Origin: Giardia intestinalis
Lineage: Eukaryota
DNA length: 64,000 nucleotides
Assembly (NCBI GenBank): GCA_000002435.2
Contig: CM018791.1
Reading direction: 5' to 3' (one strand)
Below are positions 56,956 to 64,000 of the stretch, piece by piece (position 1 is the stretch's first letter; the number at the start of each line of letters is the position of its first letter). The position numbers and the translations under genes are program-made. The notes beneath the pieces were generated by a model that was not told the origin of the DNA, ran no database searches, and saw nothing but the letters and a program-made list of their open reading frames with translations.

Positions 56956-57121
56956 AGCAATCTTCTGGGCAAATCTGCATACACTGTAAGCATTGGAAAC
57001 ACTTGTGAGGGTCACGGAGAGAGATCTTGTTATTCTGGATGACGAGAATAGATAATGGGCAGGCTTGTACACACTGACCACAAAGGGTGCATGCATCAAC
57101 ATCCAAGATAATCCGCTGCAT
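56903..57121 (-). CDS. 2[4Fe-4S] ferredoxin (clostridial-type, two CxxCxxCxxxCP motifs)
   Basis: 72 aa with a verified ATG at 57121..57119. The sequence MQRIILDVDACTLCGQCVQACPLSILVIQNNKISLRDPHKCFQCLQCMQICPEDCF contains two canonical C-x2-C-x2-C-x3-C-P cluster-binding motifs 19 residues apart. An AT-rich block (aaatttaaaagaaaaag in gene sense) lies just upstream of the ATG. The 3' end overlaps the convergent HAD gene by 53 nt. Confidence 0.7.
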   Translation of the reverse strand: MQRIILDVDACTLCGQCVQACPLSILVIQNNKISLRDPHKCFQCLQCMQICPEDCFSFPPVYEIDTDTQNKS

Positions 57122-57747
57122 AGTTCACAGAAAGAATTGGCTTTTTCTTTTAAATTTCTGGGAGCTGGTTTGTCAGCTGTTGTTCGAGTAAACTTATCAG
57201 GCAAGTCGTCGTGCTGAGTGGGATTCTCTCTCAGTCCATCTATCCAAAGTTCAAAATTCAAATTTCATCCAGTTTTGGGAAGAGGAGGAGCTAGTTGGCT
57301 CGTGAGCATGTCGATAGAGACGACTCGAAGCGGGATCCGGCAGACACTTGGCGGGATGATGGTACTGCAGGCGAAGAGAGCCCTCGCGCTCGCCACCCCA
57401 ATCGATCTCCCTACTAAAGAGCAAGCATGTGGCTGACTCCTAAAACGGCTGCCGCTATCACTGAACCCTCTCCCCAGCTGGGCTAGTCGTCAAATGGGAA
57501 GTGGCTCATGAACGCATCACCTCGCCTTTGGGGGCCCGATTCACCTCTACTGTATCGTCCATGGCGCTAAGATTTATGGAAGACACGCCTGCTCCAACAT
57601 CCCCAGGACGCTGAGAGAGATCAGAAGGCCTTCCAAGTCCTCTGGAGGCGTTTAGATGCAACTCCTAGCTCTTGCTCTCGGGAGACCTCGATAGGGATCA
57701 GCAACCAACACGTAGACTGCGACCTATGTAATCAAGACCTGGAACAG

Positions 57748-58167
57748 ATGGCCTTCGTTATCGACAAGACAAGAACAGGTGATGGAGCTCCGTTCTCCCC
57801 GGATCCTGTGCTCCAGAGGAGGCAGGGCTTCCAGTCACTGACTGCCCCGACAGGAGTCATGCGTCTGCTGATGCTTTGTGAGGACCGCATGGACTCCGAC
57901 TCGTGCCTATACACTGTGGATGCTGTGGGTCTCTCGAGGGAGATGCTCCGACGCCATAACAAGAACAGAAGCCTCAGGTGCACATGTGAGAGCTTGACAC
58001 GGGATATAGAGCTGATTCAGGCCTCATCTAAGAACCTGGGGGCGTTTCACACGCTGGAGGATACCAGGATTGGGGGAATCCCCATCGTCTGTTGCCCCAA
58101 ATGCTTCAGCACCAGAATGGCGAGTAGGAGACATCTGGCTAAAACGAAACACTCTGTGCTGATGTGA
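57748..58167 (+). CDS. Possible small hypothetical protein (139 aa) with C-terminal Cys/His cluster; may be part of a decayed element
   Basis: ATG at 57748. The protein-like composition ends in IVCCPKCFSTRMASRRHLAKTKH. It lies at the edge of the GC-rich island and is followed by frame-hopping ORFs. No AT-rich initiator upstream. Low confidence. Confidence 0.2.
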   Translation: MAFVIDKTRTGDGAPFSPDPVLQRRQGFQSLTAPTGVMRLLMLCEDRMDSDSCLYTVDAVGLSREMLRRHNKNRSLRCTCESLTRDIELIQASSKNLGAFHTLEDTRIGGIPIVCCPKCFSTRMASRRHLAKTKHSVLM

Positions 58168-58379
58168 CACCAGATGACAATCACTCAAGCATGAACAGGA
58201 CGAGCATCTGCCCGCTCTGTACAAAACCCACTGGAGCCAGAGCTATCCGAATGTACTGTGGCACAGACAGCAAGTGCAGGGTGCTACTGCGCGAAAGGAT
58301 GGAGATGGCAGAGGAGATGCACCTCGTCACACTACGGGCCACTACATGGGCAACACCCACCAGAAGGTTCCGAACAAGA

Positions 58380-59880
58380 ATAGGCCACCGAGCGCATGAA
58401 GGACCCCCTGGCGAAGAGCAGCTGCCGCCCCATGGGGCTCCTCTCCCACGGGCCCCCTCGACCCGGACTCCTCAGAGGGGATCAGGGTAGCGTACGAGCT
58501 GCACCCTGGAGGGACACGAGCCCCCTGTCCTACAGCCAGCGGAGAGCACGGGCATCTCTCCCAAGGTCACTGACGACGAGATGACCCGGGGGTCCGTCCA
58601 TGGGCTCTCGAGGTCTCCTGGACCTTACCTGGACCTGCGTACTGGGGGTCCTCATCCCCAAGAACGAGGCAAGCATAACCTGTGGAGCGACCACGACGGC
58701 CCTTTACAGATACTACCGGGCCATCTGAAGTCCCAGGCGCTGGACACTGGGGCTTGCATGCACGTGTAGTGTGCGCTCGTATGTGCACACGAGACTGAGG
58801 AAGCCAGGCGGTCTTGCTCGACTCCAAGGCGCCCTCAACAGCAGCCCCGGTCCTGCACAGTCTCGGCCAGGAGAACGCGCCCCTCGCCCTGAGGAGCTAC
58901 ACGTGGCCTTCCTCTGGCTACAGCACACATGGACTCGGTCCCGTGCAGTGTTCCTCAGGGACCCTCTAGGTATGTTCCTATGCTGCGCTGGACGGAGCGC
59001 GCTCACTAAACAGCTGAAGGAGATGCCCCCTCAGTGCCTACGCCGACGGCGTACTGATCCTTCACGACGACAACAACGAGGTAATGAGGTTGACAAACCC
59101 ACGGACTGACGATCAACACAGACAACTCAAGAGCACCGAGGGGGCAGGAGGCTCCTTCCTGGGTGTCCGGTCTCGAGGAGCGGCTACCCACGGCCTCCAA
59201 GGAGATAGAGAGGGCAACGAAAAGGTTGCAACTGTGTCAATCGCCCACCACCCCGAGCCGAGCTGGTCTGGACAGACTCACCACGCGACCCCTACGGATC
59301 CCTCGGGGGGCAGGCAGAGCCCTCTGGGATGCTCGGCTCGAACAACAGCAGACCGAGCTCCTGGCTACGCAGGACAGCGGCGGTCGGGAGTCCACCACAA
59401 GCAGCTGCGCGGTGCTTGACACCTCGACGTGAGACGTGGCATCACAGCAGGCTGCCGAGCGGGACGGCCTCGTGGTGAGCAACGCATCGTACATGAACTG
59501 TGCTCTGATCGCTCCAATACTTCAGATAACGCCTCTCGGAGAGCTGTGACCGGGCCAGCCTCTCCGGCTGAACGACTCATGGCTCCACGTACACTCTGCG
59601 GCACGGATGGGTGCAGACCACACCAGCCGAGCCGGCACACTGCACAGGGTGTGGACCTGCGAGTGTGTACTGGCTGCTGACCACCTGGCACCACAGGTGC
59701 ACTGCGGTCCATGAACAGAAGGGCGGGCCGGGCGTTTCCTCCGCGCCAACCAGGGGTCGATATGGAGGCTACGGGTACACGCTACAGTCCAGGAGGACGC
59801 ATGGCGAGCGCACCCCGACAACAGGATCGATGGTCCACTCCACGAGGAGGCGAGAAGGAACCCGAGTCGGCATCCCGGGA
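58380..59880. other. GC-rich (about 60-70% GC) compositional island without a coherent ORF; all six frames are open in short overlapping pieces
   Basis: Counted GC per 60-nt block is 57-70% between 58380 and 59880, against about 45-52% in flanking and coding DNA. Ten or more 60-200-aa ORFs overlap in all frames and are Arg/Pro/Ser/Cys-rich. It lies in a 3.1-kb stretch (57122..60245) with no convincing gene. Confidence 0.6.
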
Positions 59881-60245
59881 TTATAATACATGCGATCTTC
59901 GTTATGGAGCGCCAGCACCGAGTGGCCCTGGGTTGTACGGCCGGGAGCACTATTCCTAAGGTCAGATAGCAGCTGATCCAAGGGGACTGAGTGAGAGAAG
60001 CGAAAAACCTAGATCGATATCGTGAGAGACGGGACGGTGACTTGCAAAGCGAAGAACTATGATATTTCCCCTTTTCTGCCAGAGCTGGACAGTGTCCGAA
60101 TTTCCGATTCCAAATGCTGGACACACTGAGCGAGGATGCCGTTCAACATAGTGACTCGTACGATGGACTTACTCAGACTGCGGCCAGCAAACCAACTTCT
60201 TTTTGAAGAGAAACGACAGATTTATTCATGAGACTACAGAGCAGT

Positions 60246-60875
60246 CTATTGGTCATTGCAACCATTGACACTAGGTGTACTGCCCCTAAGGAGAGACGCT
60301 ATCTCGAGGTATCCCCTAGAAGTAATCTTGTCAAAGAAATATTCATTAGACTTGTCTATCAGATGCCCCTCTTTTTCTAATAGAAGCTTTACCACTTCTA
60401 AGTGGCCCTTTAGCGCTCTATGTTCAAGAGCAGTCATCTCATTCCTATCCTTTACACCCCCCTCCAGATCTACTAACAATCTTGCTATTTCCACGTTCCC
60501 CATAGAAGCCGCGTTCATAAGCGCAGTCATACCTACCATGTTTTGTGCACCACTGTCGTATCTTATTACCAACTTTGCTGTCTCTATGCAACCGTGTGTG
60601 GCTGCTCGCATAAGCCTCGTGTCGCCGAATGTATCGGTTGGCTCAAGAATAATCACAATAATTTTGTGCCCTGCCTCCTTAGCAATCATCAGGGCCATCT
60701 TGCCTTCGCTGTCGATTAAGTTCTCCTCATATGGAATCAAAATGGAAGCAGCTTCTGCGCTGCCTTTTTCTACAGCGATCATCAGAGCAGTACGGCTGTT
60801 CTTGTTTCTTCTCCCACATTCGTAAGGGGCAAGAATTTCAACTACATCAGAGTAGTTGCTGTGTGCGGCGTGCAT
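60246..60875 (-). CDS. Ankyrin-repeat segment (Protein 21.1-like); probably the C-terminal part of the upstream NEK-like gene rather than an independent gene
   Basis: The track start at 60929 is TTG, and the first ATG (60875) lies inside a repeat (TALMHAAHS). It is in the same frame as 60984..62135, separated only by TGA at 60984..60986 plus 18 sense codons. Repeats include GWTALMHAAHSNYSDVVEILAPYE and GKMALMIAKEAGHKIIVIILEP. There is no AT-rich promoter-like sequence upstream. Confidence 0.5.
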   Translation of the reverse strand: MHAAHSNYSDVVEILAPYECGRRNKNSRTALMIAVEKGSAEAASILIPYEENLIDSEGKMALMIAKEAGHKIIVIILEPTDTFGDTRLMRAATHGCIETAKLVIRYDSGAQNMVGMTALMNAASMGNVEIARLLVDLEGGVKDRNEMTALEHRALKGHLEVVKLLLEKEGHLIDKSNEYFFDKITSRGYLEIASLLRGSTPSVNGCNDQ

Positions 60876-60983
60876 GAGTGCAGTCCAGCCGTTCTTGTCC
60901 TGGAGGCCCCTCTCCTCCCCAACAAGCAACTCGACGGGACTGATGCGCCCCTGCTCGTCGCGCTGACCAACACCAAGTCTTCT

Positions 60984-62135
60984 TCAAGCAGCATCCGGAC
61001 GGTCTCCATGCCGTTCGTATGCGCAGCACGCATCAGCCCGGGCAGCAAAAAGAGGCTGGACGAGGCCAGCCGTGCATTCTGTGGACTGTGCAAGCCTATT
61101 CTCCAGTGCCTTAATCATAGCTAGATGTTCCTTACTTTGATCTTCAAGCGCGTCGATCTTAGTGGATTTAGTCTTAACATCCTCTTCCAGCAGCGCGATC
61201 CTGGCGTTAGCGCCATTCAGCGCAGCCTCCAAGGATCCGCACTTGTACTTCAGCATCACGCACTGACCCCCCAGCTCACCAACTGGGATGTCAGCCGCAG
61301 TGAGTGTCTCATGCAGCTCACTGGCTGTCGGCCTCCTCTCTGGCTCCAATACAAAGATCCTCTCCAGAACATTCTGTATGAAGCCATCAGTGACACCGCT
61401 CAGGTCCGGCCTCCACTCATCGACGAAGACCTCTGCTGGCTCCTTACCTTTCAGGAAGTCCGGTTTCCTTAGAGTGGCCATCTCGTAGACGATGACCCCG
61501 AGGCTCCACACGTCAGAGGCGGGGCTGGGCTCGTTGTGGAGGAGCACCTCGGGGGCCATGTACGCTGCCATGCCTGCAATGGTGCTCTCACTCCACAGGG
61601 CGTCCTTGCAGAGTTCGAGGCCAGCGATGATGAAGTACTCACCATCTACACTGACGAGGGTACTGGCAGGCCTGAGGTCGCAGTGGACGAGGCCTCTAGT
61701 GTTTGCCCCACTGAGGCCGTGGAGGTAGGCGAGGGCGGCGGCGACCTGCTTCATGACAGAGAGGATCATAGTGATAGGGACGGGGATCCTCCCTCGTTTG
61801 TGCTTGGCGAGGGGGCGCTCGAGGGTACTGTCGTGGTGGTCCGTGACGATGTAAATGAAGTCATCATCCTCGACCACTTGGTAGTGCCTGAGGACCCCCG
61901 GGTGGGAGAGGTCGAGAAGGGCGGTCAATCTTGTCTTGATGGCGTCCAGATCCCCCTTGTCCAGACCATCGAGGAGGATCTCCTTCACGGCGAGGTCTGG
62001 AAAATCCCTGAGAGAGTAGAGTGTGCTTGTGGGGTCTTTGGCCAGCACGTCATCCAGCCCCTCGTGGAGCTCCCTAGGGGTGAACGGTGGGACACTGAGA
62101 GCCACCGTTGCAGACCCAGACGAAGCAGTGTGCAT
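60984..62135 (-). CDS. NEK-like pseudokinase with C-terminal coiled coil; terminated by an in-frame TGA that is co-frame with the downstream ankyrin ORF
   Basis: 383 aa with a verified ATG. Has the VAIK lysine (LAVKEIL) and the APE region (MAPEVLLHNEPSPASDVWSLGVIVYEM). The catalytic loop is degenerate (VHCDLRPASTLV), and the DFG position reads IAGLELCKD. The coiled coil is LEAALNGANARIALLEEDVKTKSTKIDALEDQSKEHLAMIKALENRLAQ. Confidence 0.75.
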   Translation of the reverse strand: MHTASSGSATVALSVPPFTPRELHEGLDDVLAKDPTSTLYSLRDFPDLAVKEILLDGLDKGDLDAIKTRLTALLDLSHPGVLRHYQVVEDDDFIYIVTDHHDSTLERPLAKHKRGRIPVPITMILSVMKQVAAALAYLHGLSGANTRGLVHCDLRPASTLVSVDGEYFIIAGLELCKDALWSESTIAGMAAYMAPEVLLHNEPSPASDVWSLGVIVYEMATLRKPDFLKGKEPAEVFVDEWRPDLSGVTDGFIQNVLERIFVLEPERRPTASELHETLTAADIPVGELGGQCVMLKYKCGSLEAALNGANARIALLEEDVKTKSTKIDALEDQSKEHLAMIKALENRLAQSTECTAGLVQPLFAARADACCAYERHGDRPDAA

Positions 62136-62441
62136 CCTGGTATTATTTTGGTAATCTACCGTTTTGGAAACGGTCCGTTTTACATGGGTTCATATCTACA
62201 GGTCTACAGCGGTCCTGTATCTGTGGGGGCTTCTGTATCAGGAGCGAGAAGACCACCCGTGCGACCGTTTTACCCACCGGTGTCCTAGCGCTGGCTGGGG
62301 GCAAGAAAGCCTGCTCTCTTCTGGCCTCTGTGGAAACGGGTGGCTGTGTGCCCCACTGACAGCCATCACTTCACCCTATTGGCTAGCCGTCCCCCTGCAC
62401 AGCTGGAGAGGCCCTAGTACATTATCGAATGCGATCAACAG

Positions 62442-63116
62442 TTAGGCGAGTTCACTCATGGGCTTTCTGGGTGGCATCCGTAGCTGGGGCTCCTTCAGTC
62501 CAACGCCTTCACTCTCAAGAAAAGATACTATCTCGGAATGCTTCCAAATACTGGCCACGGAAAGAGCAGACATACCGCCTACATTCTTTTCCCTCTTCAG
62601 CAGTAACTTGACACAGTCTAGACGACCATAGCATGCTGCAAATGAGAGGGCAGTGCAGCCACGACACTTTTCCATGCAGCCCTCAACCTCCAGGAGTAGC
62701 CTCACGACCTCGGTGCGACCGTTTGCTGCCGCCCACATGAGGGCCGTCAGCTCGGTACTGCTTTTCATACCATTCTCGTGCTCCATTAACAGCCTCACAG
62801 CCTCAACGTGTCCAAGCACTGCAGCGACCATCAGGGCCGTCCCCCCGTGTATATCTACCATCCCTGCCTTGACAAGCTTTGCCACTTTTCCTGCCTGATA
62901 AGGAATGTAGCGCTCTACCGCATCCACGTCATTTCGTTTGGCCGCCTCCATGAGCTCGGTGACACCGTCCTCATCCTCGTCCTCATCAGTTACCTGCGGA
63001 GACCTAGTGGGACTGCTCTCGCCCACATCCTCATCATCTGTGTCCTTTTCAAGCATGAGGGGTGAGGTGTCGTCGTGCTCCTGAGAGTAATGATCTGAGT
63101 CATCCGCAGACGACAT
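62442..63116 (-). CDS. Ankyrin-repeat protein with acidic N-terminus (Protein 21.1-like)
   Basis: 224 aa with a verified ATG. An acidic N-terminal 60 aa (DDSDHYSQEHDDTSPLMLEKDTDDEDV ... DEDEDEDGVTELMEAA) is followed by five ankyrin repeats (GGTALMVAAVLGHVEAVRLLMEHENG, ELTALMWAAANGRTEVVRLLLEVEG, GCTALSFAACYGRLDCVKLLLKRE). Confidence 0.8.
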   Translation of the reverse strand: MSSADDSDHYSQEHDDTSPLMLEKDTDDEDVGESSPTRSPQVTDEDEDEDGVTELMEAAKRNDVDAVERYIPYQAGKVAKLVKAGMVDIHGGTALMVAAVLGHVEAVRLLMEHENGMKSSTELTALMWAAANGRTEVVRLLLEVEGCMEKCRGCTALSFAACYGRLDCVKLLLKREKNVGGMSALSVASIWKHSEIVSFLESEGVGLKEPQLRMPPRKPMSELA

Positions 63117-64000
63117 TTTTTATTTCCTATATCACAAAGGAAATACGTGTAACAGAAACTTGCGATTCACGGTATTATTTACAAATCATCCAGATAGCAT
63201 ATTTGCAGGCGAACTGATGATTTACTTCACCCATTGGGTACTTCCAGCTCTGACCGCGGTATCTGTTCGTGAGCGCGGTCCGGAGGTCTCCTAGGCAAAC
63301 CGCGCTCGATTCCTGGTAATCCCTAGAGATGAAGGTCGGCCGTGGGTAAGATAATTAGGAGCTTCCCTCTATTAATATAAAAGGACGATCAGAGACCAAT
63401 GCAGCTGCCTGCATCGGCACCTCCGCGTCTCTGGAGGCTCAGCCAGGGCCAGGGATCAGGCACAGCCACCCAGCGACCAGAGCGGAGGTCGAACATCTGG
63501 TCCGCCGAAAAGTGCGAAATGCTAGCGGGGCGTTGTCCAGTCACCAGATGGACTACCCAAGGGGAAGGCCAAGAACCGTCTCGAGATCCCCTATCTGAGC
63601 CCTGCATCGTTCGGGGAGTGAGGCGAGCCCGACGAGACCGGCCAAAGCGCCGCTTCCTGTCAGTGTGCTCCTAGCTTGGGACGGATCCGCAGGGCCATGA
63701 CAGCCCGTGAGCGTAGGAGGCTACCAGCGGGGCCAGAGAACTGTCCAGTTATACTGCAACACAGACATCGAGTGTAGAGCGTAACTGCGTAAAGGGATGG
63801 GAATGAAAAGAAGAAGGACCTTTTCTTCAGCACTCATCGTGCAAGCATGTTCAGGAATGATACCCACCTGCTCGCGTCCTGAGGCTTAGTTGCTGGTCAA
63901 CCCTGGCCACTGACTGTGCTTCACTAGCCCATAAGGAACATGAGGCGGTATGCAGCATCGTCGTAACCCTGCTCGATAGACTCGGAGTCGGATACTAGGC

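Noticed and set aside
56872-57261. 129-aa minus-strand ORF overlapping the ferredoxin ORF in another frame
   Set aside because: No motifs. The co-located 72-aa frame carries two perfect ferredoxin cluster motifs and the proper ATG and initiator.
58164-58490. Calling the Cys-cluster ORF (ICPLCTKP ... YCGTDSKC) a zinc-ribbon ribosomal or transcription protein
   Set aside because: The spacing does not match L37ae, L40e, S27a or TFIIS ribbons. The start is GTG, the tail is Arg/Pro-rich junk-like, and it sits in the GC-rich frame-hopping region.
60842-61093. Treating ORF 60842..61093 (83 aa) as an independent gene
   Set aside because: Its only meaningful content is one ankyrin repeat in the +1 frame, overlapping the tail of the kinase ORF. 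It is better explained as a frameshift patch within the interrupted NEK/ankyrin gene.
1-64000. Prokaryotic interpretations (operons, CRISPR arrays, phage or defence islands, Shine-Dalgarno sites)
   Set aside because: The gene content (Protein 21.1-type ankyrins, NEK kinases, RPS8e, cathepsin B, RING, IQ and Myb proteins) and the AT-rich initiator and AGTRAAY signals are eukaryotic and diplomonad-like. No direct-repeat/spacer arrays or rRNA or tRNA genes were seen.

Overview
The window looks like a gene-dense, apparently intron-free segment of a diplomonad chromosome, most likely Giardia. Composition is about 49% GC, genes sit 10-150 bp apart on both strands with some overlapping stops, AT-rich initiator-like elements lie just upstream of ATGs, and AGTRAAY-type polyA signals sit at or next to stop codons. 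It is not prokaryotic: there are no operon-like arrays, rRNA genes or CRISPR arrays. The family evidence for Giardia is strong. There are nine ankyrin-repeat genes of the Protein 21.1 type with TALM-containing repeats (one fused to a RING finger), and four NEK-like kinase or pseudokinase genes. There is also a cathepsin-B-like protease.

I count about 36 protein-coding genes. Recognisable ones include a DPE2-type 4-alpha-glucanotransferase (two CBM20 domains plus GH77), ribosomal protein S8e, an RCL1/RtcA-family protein, an MFS transporter, a HAD phosphatase, a rhodanese-like protein, a Myb/SANT protein and an IQ-motif protein. Others are a HOOK/CH-like giant coiled-coil protein, a divergent actin-related (ASKHA) protein, an Asteroid/XPG-N PIN-like protein and several large hypothetical proteins.

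Three caveats about the supplied ORF track, all established by reading the DNA:
- It accepts TTG and GTG as starts, so at least ten listed starts are not ATG. I corrected them to the first in-frame ATG.
- It missed an 828-codon minus-strand gene that runs off the left edge (1..2484).
- It gave no prominence to a 72-aa 2[4Fe-4S] ferredoxin gene (56903..57121) and a 125-aa rhodanese gene (38240..38617), which are masked by longer antisense ORFs.

Main oddities: a tandem pair of diverged 114-aa paralogues of unknown family; a NEK kinase/coiled-coil/ankyrin gene interrupted by one in-frame TGA with a local +1 frame patch; a GC-rich (about 60-70%) 2.5-3 kb island with no coherent ORF between the ferredoxin and ankyrin genes; and a perfect 3 x 10-bp tandem repeat in a promoter.
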